From the IMG/VR virus record IMGVR_UViG_3300036852_000741, positions 41,352-105,351 of that record: a stretch of DNA of 64,000 nucleotides; one strand, given 5' to 3'. Numbering within the stretch: the stretch's first letter is position 1; every line of letters begins with the position of its first letter. The notes beneath the pieces are model-generated. The model was not told where the DNA came from. It did not search any database and was given only the letters and a program-made list of their open reading frames with translations. This document shows, in pieces, positions 29,548-39,900 of the stretch. Source of the DNA: a virus. Made by a program: the position numbers and the translations under genes.

Positions 29548-30101
29548 TGGCCGAGCTACCACCCGGGGTCATCCGTGAGGCGCGGCGCCTCCAGGAGGCG
29601 GTCCGCGAGCGCCGTGAGGCGCACGCTCGCCATGACGCCGAGGCGTACGCCCGCGCGACCGCGCGCGAGGAGGCCCTGGCCGGCTGGTTGTTGGAGGCGT
29701 TGGAGGAGGCGGCGGTCGCTCATCGGGCCGGCGACTTCGAGGGGCTCCATCCGCGCGACCGGCTCGGCCGGTTCATGGAGAAGCTGGATTCCGAGCTTCA
29801 TGCGGCGCTCTTGCGCGCCAGCCGTGTGCGCACCGGGCGGCGCCTGGCACGCGATGACCGGCGCTTGGAGCGCCGGGCGCTGCGCGCCCAAAGGCATGGC
29901 CGGGAGTTGGCGTCGTTGGGTGGGCTGCTTCCTCACAGCCAGGTGCCGGGTCCGGGCGCCCTGGGGAGCCGCGCGCTGCGTGCCAGCGCTGAGCAGCCGG
30001 TGCCGTTGACGCGGGGGGCGAAGGTCAAGGCGCTGGTGGCGTCGGGTCTGGCAGCCAGCGCCGACGAAGCTCGCGAGCTTCTGCTGGACCTGGGCGAGTA
30101 G
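29547..30101 (+). CDS. HPR-motif protein
   Basis: RLQEAV, LLEALEEAA, FEGLHPRDRLGRF; TGATG coupling. Confidence 0.6.
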   Translation: MAELPPGVIREARRLQEAVRERREAHARHDAEAYARATAREEALAGWLLEALEEAAVAHRAGDFEGLHPRDRLGRFMEKLDSELHAALLRASRVRTGRRLARDDRRLERRALRAQRHGRELASLGGLLPHSQVPGPGALGSRALRASAEQPVPLTRGAKVKALVASGLAASADEARELLLDLGE

Positions 30102-30106
30102 CACGC

Positions 30107-30129
30107 AAGCTCACATCGTGTGCTATCCT
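30107..30129 (+). promoter_or_regulatory. Operator/extended -10 element
   Basis: AAGCTCACATCGTGTGCTATCCT, then CCGACCAAGGAGG. Confidence 0.75.
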
Positions 30130-30156
30130 TGGTTTCCGACCAAGGAGGAAGCGCAC

Positions 30157-30636
30157 ATGTCACCAGCTACCCACGACCGCGACTTCACGGACGAGATTGC
30201 TGTCCGCGAGGAGCAGGCCGGCTATGCAGGGATTTCGCGTAACGAGGCGATCAAGGCGATCCGGGCGGCGCTCAAACGGCGCACCGGCAAGACGTGGAGC
30301 GTGACCGGCGGCCGGGGGAGCGCCTGGGGCTGGATTCGCATTGACGCTCCGCCGAAGCGGCGCACTGCCGTCAGGGCCAAGACCGGCGAGAAGGACGCGA
30401 GCACCGGCTTCGACCTTCTCGCGCTGAGGGACACCGGCATCCCGCAGGAGTTCGGCCACATGACCCAGGAGGACCACGACCTTCTCTGCGAGACGCTCGG
30501 ATGCACGGACGCGATCGGCGGGTGCCTGCACAGCCAGGGCATCCAGGTTCCCGCCAGCAGCGACTACCGCGCCGAGTACATCGCCCGCGCCGAGGGCCGC
30601 AAGCCCGCGGTCTACGGGGTCCAGTATTGGGACTGA
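30157..30636 (+). CDS. Hypothetical protein (possibly LPD-type domain)
   Basis: Strong RBS. IRAALKRRTGKTWSV..GRG resembles polyvalent-protein-associated domains (tentative). Confidence 0.6.
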   Translation: MSPATHDRDFTDEIAVREEQAGYAGISRNEAIKAIRAALKRRTGKTWSVTGGRGSAWGWIRIDAPPKRRTAVRAKTGEKDASTGFDLLALRDTGIPQEFGHMTQEDHDLLCETLGCTDAIGGCLHSQGIQVPASSDYRAEYIARAEGRKPAVYGVQYWD

Positions 30637-30821
30637 TAGCGCTGACCGTGGCCAACGTTGCCGATCTGCTCGCGCGGGTCGTGCTGGGCGGCGGGGTGAT
30701 CCTCGCCGCCACCTGGGCACTCCCGGAGGTGCCGGGCTTCCGGGAGTTCCACTTCAGCCTGCCGTGGATCGGGCTGCGATGGCTCGTGATGGCTGCGAGC
30801 GTCGGTCTCGCCCTCCTAACG

Positions 30822-30852
30822 CTGCTCACATCGTGAGCTAACCTGGTACACT
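30822..30852 (+). promoter_or_regulatory. Operator element with -10 candidates
   Basis: GCTCACATCGTGAGCT (perfect GCTCAC/GTGAGC arms), TAACCT or TG-G-TACACT, then CCGACCAGGAGG. Confidence 0.7.
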
Positions 30853-30897
30853 TTGTGTGCGGTCGCGAGGCCGCGTTCCCGACCAGGAGGTGACGTG

Positions 30898-32269
30898 ATG
30901 GCGCAGCAGAAGACGGTTGGTGCCCTTGGGAAATACTGGGTTGAGGGCAAGTGGATGTGGTGCATGAACGAGGCGCTGAAGTACGCCAGGAGGAAGGGCG
31001 CCAAGCACGTGTACGCCACCGACGGCTGGACTCCCACGGCGGTGATCGCATGGGCCTGATGGGCTACAAGCCGCAGGACTTCAAGGTCGGCGAGCGGGTC
31101 TACGTCGTCACGGGGCAGGGCTTGCGCAGTGACGGCACGGTGCGGGCGGTCGGCGCCGTGGACATCGCGTTCGAGGGCGTCGAGGTTCTCGTCACCGTTG
31201 AGTGGGACGAGGGCGACCTGACCGCGGAGCGCGCGATCGACCTTCTAAAGGGGGGGCGATGAGCAGGACGACCCAGCCGATCCCGCTGGTCTCTGACTAC
31301 TTCGGCGACAGCGACGCCCCGATCATCACTGCCGAGTTTCGGCCGGGGCGCGGCTGGGTGCGCACGAGCTTCAAGAAGCGCGTCAGCCGGGCGTGGCTAC
31401 GCAAGCTGCGAGCCGAGGGCGTCACCCATGTGGCGCTCACAGCGCGGGAGGGCCGGACCGCGGACTTCGCGGTGGCCGAACTGCTGCGATGAGCCCCGGC
31501 GAGCGGGTCGATCCCGGGAAGATGCCCGAGTTCATCGAGGGCGAGGCTTACCGACTCTACGAGGCCATCCAGGAGGCCGAGAGCGCCGCCCGGCGGCTGG
31601 CGGAGGCGCTGGACTGGGAGGTTGCGAGCGGCGACGCGGAGGCCCGTCCGCGCCGCACCCGGGCCCGCCGGCTGCATCGCCGGCTGTTCGGGCTGCTGGA
31701 CGCCGCCGAGACCGTTCTTCACGAGAACGAACGCCCGCTGTAGTTACGCATCGGCGTGTGGGCTCCCCAGCCTGGGGCGCTTATCCTCCGGCCTATGGGA
31801 AGCGCCCTGACGCTCGGCCGGATCGTCGGCCACGTAGACGTGTTCAAGCGCGACGAGGACAGCGGCGAGAAGGTCCTCATCAGCACAACGCGGCCGTGCT
31901 ACGAGTGCGGGCAGCCCCTCGAAGGGGTCGTGGTGCCGGTCGGAGGCGAGCACCAGGCCCACGCGAACTGTCGTCGGAGCCGGAGGGTGATTCATGCCGA
32001 GCAAGACCTTTGACCCGTCCGTGACGCCCCTGGCCTGGGTCCCGGAGGAGAACTGCTACCGGATCGTGGAGCACAGCATCGAGACTGTGACGATCGGAGG
32101 CTCGGAGCAGAGCTTCGAGGTCGCCACGATGGGCGACAAGGTGGTCTGGGTGGACGACGCGCCGGACGACATCCAGGACGGCTCCGGGCACTTCGAGGTC
32201 TACAGCGGCGCCGACGAGGACTACCGGCCCTCGATGGCCAACCCCAACCCACCCGCGCAGGAGGGCTGA
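30898..32269 (+). other. Small ORFs 30898-31059, 31059-31262, 31259-31492, 31489-31743, 31795-32013, 31994-32269
   Basis: Coupled short ORFs. Confidence 0.5.
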
Positions 32270-32272
32270 TCC

Positions 32273-32794
32273 TTGGCCGAAATCTTCCCCAACGAGGCGC
32301 TGACGTACCTCATCGAAATCCAGCCGCGGTCCAACACCGGCTCGTTCCCGGTGACCACCGCGATGTACATGGGCCTGTTCTCCAGCCAGACGGCCTCCAC
32401 GGTGCCCTCCGCGGACGCCACGCTTACCGGCTCGGCGTCCTCGCCGTACACGACCGGCACCGCGCTGCCCGTCGAACTCACGTCCACCGGCGGCTACGCG
32501 CGCGCCGCCATCGGTACCACGGCCGCGGCTCTCCAGACCTCCTGGCCAGCCCCGGTCGTCTCCGGCTCCGGGATGCGCTCCACGATGGTCTCCCCGGGCA
32601 CCAGCTTCGCGGAGTCCACCGGCGCCTACAACGCCACGATCAACGGGTTCTTCGTGTGCACCACGTCGGCGAGCACCGGCCAGAACACCGGCAAGACCTG
32701 GTTCTACGCCAACTTCTCGGATACAACGGCCATCACGGTAAATGCGGCCGGTTTCACAATCCGTATCGCGGCCTTCTGGCATATCGACGGATGA
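32273..32794 (+). CDS. Thr/Ser-rich virion structural protein (fibre module)
   Basis: Y.GLF...EL...GGYAR...F.....INGFF pattern of small phage fibre/structural proteins; TTG start with GGAGG RBS. Confidence 0.55.
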   Translation: MAEIFPNEALTYLIEIQPRSNTGSFPVTTAMYMGLFSSQTASTVPSADATLTGSASSPYTTGTALPVELTSTGGYARAAIGTTAAALQTSWPAPVVSGSGMRSTMVSPGTSFAESTGAYNATINGFFVCTTSASTGQNTGKTWFYANFSDTTAITVNAAGFTIRIAAFWHIDG

Positions 32795-32836
32795 CCTCAA
32801 GCTAGCGCTGTCCGCCCAGGCTGGGAGGATGGCGGA

Positions 32837-34649
32837 GTGCGCCGGTCACAGCGACTTCTCGGTCATTCGCTGTGGGCGCTGCTTGACGGCTGGGCGGTCC
32901 TGGGGGGCGACTGCTGCGAGTGGATGCGCCGGCTCCCGGCGGAGTCCATCGACTCGATCGTGTGCGACCCGCCCTACGGCTTGAAGTTCATGGGCGTCGC
33001 GTGGGACACCATCGACGGCCGCGATGGCGATGGGCAGCGCCGGAACATTGGTGAGCGAATGGACAAGGCTGGGGGCAACCACAACCCCGTCGACTCAGCC
33101 GACGCCTCGCGCACCCGCGCGAGTGAGAACCGCAAGATGCAGGACTGGCATGAGGCGTGGGCGCGCGAGGCGCTGCGCGTGCTGAAGCCCGGCGGGCATC
33201 TGCTCGCGTTCGGGGGGAGCCGCACCTATCACCGGCTGGTGTGCGCGATCGAGGATGCCGGGTTCGAGGTCCGCGACACGATCGCGTGGATGTACGGCTC
33301 GGGGTTTCCGAAGTCGCTGGACGTGGGCAAGGCGATCGACAAGGCGGCAGGCGCGGAGCGCGCGGTCGTCGGGCGGCGCAACCGCTTAGATCAGCAGAGC
33401 AAGCCCGTTCACCGAATGGGCTACAGCGGCCCAATGCGTGACCAGGACGACGCGCTTGACATTACAGCCCCCGCCACCCCCGACGCCGAGCGTTGGCAGG
33501 GCTGGGGGACCGCGCTCAAGCCCGCCCACGAGCCGATCGTCGTCGCCCGCAAGCCGCTGGCGGGCACCGTAGCGGCGAACGTGCTTCGCTTCGGCGTTGG
33601 AGGATTGAACATAGATGGCTGTCGTATCGGGACAGGCGCGGACGGTTCATCACATCAACGGGGTCAAGACGGACAACTGCCCAGAGAACTTGCAGGTGAT
33701 GGACTGGGCGGACCACTCGCGGGAGCATCGGACGACGCTGCGGCGTCTGGCGAGCTTGGAGGCGGAGAACCGCATCTTGCGCGCTGCACTTGCGGCCCGC
33801 ATGGCCGAGTAGGAGAGCCGTCCGCACAGCGCCGCTACACCGACCGCGGGAGCACCAACTTCGCTGCGACGCCCGGTCCGCGTGGCGGTGACGCCCTCGG
33901 CCGCTGGCCTGCGAACGTGGTGCTCTCTCATCACGAGGACTGTCGTCTGGTGGGGACCCGGCGGGTGAAGTCCAACGCTCCGGCTCGGTATGTGAACGAC
34001 GGGGCCGAGGCGACGCTTTACGGCGATGGCATGGGTAAGCGTGAGGTCGGCGATGAGCGTCCGGGATATGCCGACGCCGACGGCATGGAGGCGATGGAGG
34101 ACTGGGAGTGCCACTCCGACTGTCCGGTGCGGATGCTGGACGAGCAGACGGGGGAGCTACATTCGCAGGACCCCAGTACGCGCCGGGCGACAGGAGCATC
34201 CGGGGGTCAAATCATTCCAATGCCGGGCATGTCGTCGTGTTACGCCGACTCCGGCGGCGCGAGTAGGTTCTTTTACGTGGCCAAGGCGTCCAGCGCCGAG
34301 CGCAACGCTGGGCTGGGGGGGGTGATCGAGGGTGGACGGCGTAACGTCCACCCGTTAGGCGACCGTCAAGCCGGTGGACCTTATGCGCTGGCTTGTGCGG
34401 CTCGTGACGCCGCCCGGCGGGCTCGTACTGGACCCGTTCGCCGGCAGCGGGACGACGGGGATCGCGGCGCTTCTGGAGGGGTTCAGCTTCGTCGGGATCG
34501 AGAAGGACCCCGAGTACGTGGCGCTGGCGCGGGCGCGGATCGCCTGGTGGCATGGTCAGCGACCTGGGTCTACGGCGTCGATGTTGCGCCGGGCGGCGTT
34601 CTTGCGCAAGGAGGGCGAGCGGCGCCAGGACCAGCTTCGGCTCGTGTGA
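32837..34649 (+). pseudogene. N4/N6 DNA methyltransferase (beta class), frameshifted by a 7-nt insertion
   Basis: DSIVCDPPY, RVLKPGG, GRWPANV. NVHP|TTAGGCG|TVKP..LMRWL..LDPFAGSGTTG continues in the +1 frame (34362-34649). Confidence 0.85.
33615..33812 (+). pseudogene. HNH endonuclease fragment nested out of frame in the methyltransferase
   Basis: VHHINGVKTDNCPENLQVM...H...H. Confidence 0.7.
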
Positions 34650-34699
34650 GCCCTGTCGGCATGTAGCGCCGTCCCGGGCCGCCCGTAAGCTGAGGGGCG

Positions 34700-35116
34700 A
34701 TGGCGGACTCCAGTCTCCCCGTCGCTACCCCGCCCGGCGGCGCACCGCAGTCCAACACGGCGACGCGCACCCGGCCTGATGGTGCGCACGTCCAGCAGAT
34801 CATTCTGGCCGAGCCGGATACCGGCAACGTCTACGGGATCACGGATGGCGCTCCGGTGTTCGACCCGGCTTCCGCCCGGGGCCAGTCGCTGTATCCACCG
34901 CGGGCGCTCCAGTACGCGCGCGATACCCAAGACCAGATGCGGGTGGTGGTCGCGTCCGGCGCCGCCATGGCCGTTCACCAGTATTGGGGCAACACGAACA
35001 CGTGGCCGACGTGGTACTCGACGGGCTCTGGCAGTTCGATGGATGTCCGCGAGGAGCAGCGGGAGCGCTCGTTGCACACCTTCCAGGTCCAGCGCAATAG
35101 GTGGACGTTTACATGA
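34700..35116 (+). CDS. Hypothetical virion-module protein
   Basis: 138 aa; first gene after the methyltransferase. Confidence 0.6.
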   Translation: MADSSLPVATPPGGAPQSNTATRTRPDGAHVQQIILAEPDTGNVYGITDGAPVFDPASARGQSLYPPRALQYARDTQDQMRVVVASGAAMAVHQYWGNTNTWPTWYSTGSGSSMDVREEQRERSLHTFQVQRNRWTFT

Positions 35117-35376
35117 GGGTGTGCCGACTGTGCGGCCAGAACTGGTCTGACGATGTGCTGGAGTGCTACGGGTGGCCCGATCGGTCGCACGAGGCGGTCC
35201 TCACCGAGTCGCTGGACGAGCCGCCGCCGCCACCGCCAGACCAGGTTCCCGACCCGGTGGAGCGTCGCGCGGACCTGCTTGTGACGGCCGCCGACAACTA
35301 CCGCTCCGGGGCGTTTGCCGCGACGGCCTACGTCGCGGAGTGTCAGGCGATCATCGACGGGCAGAGGGACTAGCCC

Positions 35377-36861
35377 GTGGGCGTCACCTACAATTTCAAG
35401 AAGGGCACGGACCTTTCGTCATGGCACTGGCTCAACCAGTACATGACGGGGGCGTCGCAGCCCGGGTGCGCGAACGCCTACGACGGCTCCCGCTACATCT
35501 ACTGGGCGATCCAGTCGGGGTCGGCCACTGCCGCGAGCACGACGCAGCTTTGGCGCCACGACACCTGGTCCAACGGCTGGCAGTTTCTGGTCGCGCTGAC
35601 CAACGCCTTCACGGGCATCGACATCGAGTACGACTCGGTGCGCAACGTCCTGTTCGTCGCGGAGGGCAACAACACCACGGTGTGGAGGTACTTCAACCTC
35701 AACACCACCGCGATCACGCTGCTGGGGCTGACGACGAACCCGTTTGCGCTGTCGTCGGCCATTGGCACGGCGTTGCCGGCGGCGGCAACCACGGGCGCGT
35801 CGATCGCGATGACGGACGATGTGAGCGTGCAGTACCCGACGCCGCTGACCGCAAGCGGCGCCACCACGAGCACCCTCACGTCGGCCACGACGACGGCGAT
35901 GGGGGACACCGGCCCGGTCGAGTTTCACAGCGGGATGATCGGCTCCTACCTGCGCATGACCAGCGGTGCGCAGTCGGGCCAGAAGCGGGTCATTACGGCG
36001 GTGACCGACGCCAACAACCTGACGGTGGTGGCGTTCGGGACGGCACCTGTGGCGGGCGACTCGTATGTGATCGAGCTTCCCGGGGGGGATGGGCCCACGT
36101 CGGCGGCGCTGCTGACGGCATCGAGCGCGACGGCGAGCACGCTGGTGCTCACGGGCGCAAGCTGGCCGACCAACGCCTACCGCGACCACGATGTGGTCAT
36201 CTACGGCGGCACGGGCGCCGGGCAGCGGCGGCGCATCGCCTCCAACGACGGCACGACGCTGACCCTGGCGGCGGCGGTGACCGGCAACAACCGCACCGGC
36301 AACTGGACGACGACGCCGGATGCCACCAGCACGTTTCGCATCGTGCCCTCCTCGGACTTCCTCTACCTGTTCGTGGGGTCCACGAGCATGTATCGCGTGG
36401 ACGTGCTCGCCACCACGATCGCGTTCACCACGTTCGCCACGGTGCCGGCCGCGCCGGGCGCGGGCTCCAATGCCTTCCACACGCCGGTGTGGTCGCCCCA
36501 GTCGCTGGTGGTGTTCCGTGGCGGGGCCACCACCACCGTCTACCGCTACCACATCGGCCTTCAGACCTGGACGACGCTGACTTCCGCGTGGGGCGCCGAG
36601 ACGCTGACGACCGGCGGCACTGCCGCGCGCATCCCGGGCCGGGGGCGCTTTTTGGTGCACATCGGCGGCTCAACTCGCCTGTACATGTACAACCCGATTA
36701 CCGGGGAGTTGCAGCCGATGACGCCGCCGCCGTATGCCGTGCCGACGGCACTGGAGGGCAAGCGGCTGCGCCATGTCAAGACGGCGGACGGCGTGGAGTT
36801 CATCTACATGCTGCGTGCGGGCGGCCAGGAGTATTTCCGGCTCCCGGTCGAGTTTTTGTGA
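35377..36861 (+). CDS. Beta-propeller-like virion/receptor-binding protein
   Basis: Repeated WRHD/WRYF/YRVD/YRYH blades, Thr-rich, two internal GQ[KR]R.I beta domains. Confidence 0.6.
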   Translation: MGVTYNFKKGTDLSSWHWLNQYMTGASQPGCANAYDGSRYIYWAIQSGSATAASTTQLWRHDTWSNGWQFLVALTNAFTGIDIEYDSVRNVLFVAEGNNTTVWRYFNLNTTAITLLGLTTNPFALSSAIGTALPAAATTGASIAMTDDVSVQYPTPLTASGATTSTLTSATTTAMGDTGPVEFHSGMIGSYLRMTSGAQSGQKRVITAVTDANNLTVVAFGTAPVAGDSYVIELPGGDGPTSAALLTASSATASTLVLTGASWPTNAYRDHDVVIYGGTGAGQRRRIASNDGTTLTLAAAVTGNNRTGNWTTTPDATSTFRIVPSSDFLYLFVGSTSMYRVDVLATTIAFTTFATVPAAPGAGSNAFHTPVWSPQSLVVFRGGATTTVYRYHIGLQTWTTLTSAWGAETLTTGGTAARIPGRGRFLVHIGGSTRLYMYNPITGELQPMTPPPYAVPTALEGKRLRHVKTADGVEFIYMLRAGGQEYFRLPVEFL

Positions 36862-36911
36862 TCCGGGGTTAGCGATCCCGTAGCGTCGAGGGGCGCCGGG
36901 ATACTGGACCC

Positions 36912-39900
36912 GTGGCCACCTTCGTAGATCGCTCGAACGGCGGCCAGGTCGGGCGCGATGGGTTCCGGCTGGGCTACGAGCTTCTGGGCATCGACCGGCT
37001 GGGCCCGTACGACACGTTCACGGGCAACGTCTCGGGCGGGCTCAAGCACCTGCTGGTCGGCAAGTCGGGTGGCGCCTACCCGGGCTACTGGGCCCTGAGC
37101 GGCGGGCTGTTCGGGACGTTCGGGTCGCCGCTCGTCGGCGGGGTCGTCGCTGGCGGCGACAAGCACTCGGCGATCACGAAGCCCGGCGGAGCGAGTGCCA
37201 GCGGACAGGCCGGCGGGACGCGCACGGTGCTGCGCTCCGCCTCCGGCGGCGGGACCGGGCCAGCGTCGGGCGGTGGCACCAAGGCGCCGCTGGCGACTAA
37301 GGCCGGAGGTGGCAAGGCCAGTCCGAACCTGCTGCGCAACGGTGATTTCGAGGTGGACGTGGCGGGGTGGGCGGTCTACCTATCGGGCACGATCACGTTT
37401 GTCCGGGCGACGGACTGGGCCGACACGGGCGCTGCCTCCATGCGGGTGACCGCCGCGGCGGCTGGCAACTTCATCACGAGCGATCGGGGCACGGCCGGGA
37501 TGCCGGTGATCGCCGGGACGAGCTACACGCTGGCAGCCACTCGCAACGTGCTCGACCCGACGACGGTCATCTACGTCCAGTGGTTCAACTCGGCGGGCAC
37601 GTACCTCACCCAGAACTCGGTGCTCTCCTCGACGCTGACGGGGGCCTTTCGTCAGCAGGCGCAGGTCACTGCCCCGGCGAATGCGGCGTTTTGTGCGCTC
37701 GTTCCCGGCGGTGAGGCCAGCGCGTTCGATTTCTACCTAGACACGATTCGCTTTGGGCTGGCGGGCGCGGCGCCTGGTGGCGTCAGGACCATCTTGGTCA
37801 CCAAGGGCGGCGGAGCGACGGCGGCGGGCGCTTCGGGTGCCGTCAAGCATCCCGCCATCTCGAAGGCGAGCGGGGCGGCGGGCGGCTGCATCGGTGGAGG
37901 CGCACGCTCGACGCTGGGCTCCAAGAGCGGCGGTGGGGTGATCCCGCTGGGCGGGGCGCTCATCAACCTGCTCACCAACCCGAGCCTGGAGACCAACACC
38001 ACCGCCTGGGCCATCAACCCGGGTGGGGTGGGCGGTAGCGCCACCCTGACCCGGATCACGACCGACTCGGTGGTTGGTGCGGCTGCGGCCCAGCAGGCGG
38101 GCACGTCTGGCAGCAGCTACGGCATCTACTTCTACGAGGCCGCCGGCACAGAGCCCTTTGTGTCCCCCGGCCAGTCGATTGCGGTGCGGGCCTCCGTGAA
38201 GATGGTGGGCGCGGCGTTCACGAACCTGCTTCGTGTCGGGGTGCGCTTCTACAACACGGCGGGCGCCTACCTCTCGGAGAACACGGTCGGTTCCGTTAGC
38301 AACCCGGTGGCCGATACGTGGTACGCGCTGAGCGGCAGCATGGTCGTGCCGGCGGGGGCGTACCGGGCGTCGATCCAGGTCAACACGAACTCGCTGGGGC
38401 TGGGCACCTCGTTCACCCTGGTCTACGACGCGCTGCTGATGGTCATGGGCGCCACGGTACCCGCCTACTTCGACGGGGACTCGGCGCTGGCGGGCTGGAC
38501 GGGCACGGCGCACGCGTCCACCTCGAAGCTCACGGTGATTCCGGGAATCGGCCGGTCGATCCTGGTCACCAAGCCCGGTGGTGCGGCGGCGGGCGGGAGC
38601 GGCGGTGGCACTCGAACGGAGCCGGTCTCCAGGGCGGGCGGGGGAAGCGCCCGGGGGGCGGCCGGTGGCGACAAGGACATTCTGGTTACGAAGGCCGGGG
38701 GCGCGACTGCGGTCGGCACTCCTGGTGGAATCAAGCACCCGGCCGTTGCCAAGAGCGGCGGCGCGCAGGGCGCGGCGAGTGGCGGTGGCGTCAAGCATCC
38801 GGCGGTGACCAAGCCGGCGGGCGCCGCGGGCGGTGGGACCGCGGCGGGTACGCGCACCGTCCTGGTGACCAAGCCGGGCGGCGCCTCGGGTCGCGGTATC
38901 GCCAGCGGCGACAAGGATGTCCTGACCGCCAAGGCGGGCGGTGCGAGCGCGACGGGCACCCCCGGTGGCGTCAAGCATCCGGTCGTCCTCAAGGCCGAGG
39001 GGGCGCCCGCCGCCGGTGTGGGGGGCGGCATCAAGCACGTTCTGTTGCCCTATGCGTCCGGGGGCGCGATCGCGACCGGCAGCGCTGGCGGCACGAAGAA
39101 GCCGCTGGTCACCAAGCCGGCCGGCGCGGCGGGCGCGGCAAGCGGTGGGGGGGCCAAGACGGCGCTGGCCACCCGGTCGGGCGGCGGGGTCTCGCAAGCC
39201 GGGCCGGGCCCAACGGACCTGCTGCGCAACGGGTCGCTTGAGCAGGGCAACACCGGCTGGACGATCAACGGGGTCGCCACGGTCACCCGCATCTCGGGCG
39301 CTGCCTACGACGGGGCGTGGCTGCTTTCTGTGGCCGCCCCCGGCTATGTGGATGGCGGGGCGTTCATCCCGTTTCACCAGGTTGCGCCGGGCGATGTGCT
39401 GAGCCTGTCGGTGTTTGTGCGCGGCGAGGTGGGCGGCGAACGGGTCCACATCCGTGCGCGCGAGGGGCTGCTCAATGGTGGATTCCTGCGCGAGAACACG
39501 GGCTCGCACTTCACGCTGACGACTGGCTGGACGCGGGTGAGCATGGTCACCCCGGCGATGGGTGCGAGCACTGCTCTGCTGACCCTCAAGATCGTCAACT
39601 CGGACACCTTCGCGGCCACGTTCTATGTCGATGCGGGCCAGGAGACCCAGGGGGCTGACCTCAAGGCATACGTCAGTGATCCGGGCGCTGGCACTAAGAC
39701 CGTCCTGGTCGGCAAGTCGGGCGGCGCCGTGGCCAGCGGTGTCGGGGGCGGCGTCAGGCACGTGCTGTTGCCCTACGAGGCCGGGGGGGCGCAGGGCACC
39801 GCGAGCGGTGGCGCCGTCAAGCACCCCGCGGTCTCCAAGGCCAACGGCGCGAGCGCGGCGGCCTCTGCGAACGGAACGCGCAAGAGCTTGGCTACCAAGC

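Noticed and set aside
34362-34666. C-terminal ~100 aa of the 609-aa ORF in the track
   Set aside because: Out-of-frame read-through after the 7-nt insertion; the genuine methyltransferase C-terminus is in the 34374-34649 frame.
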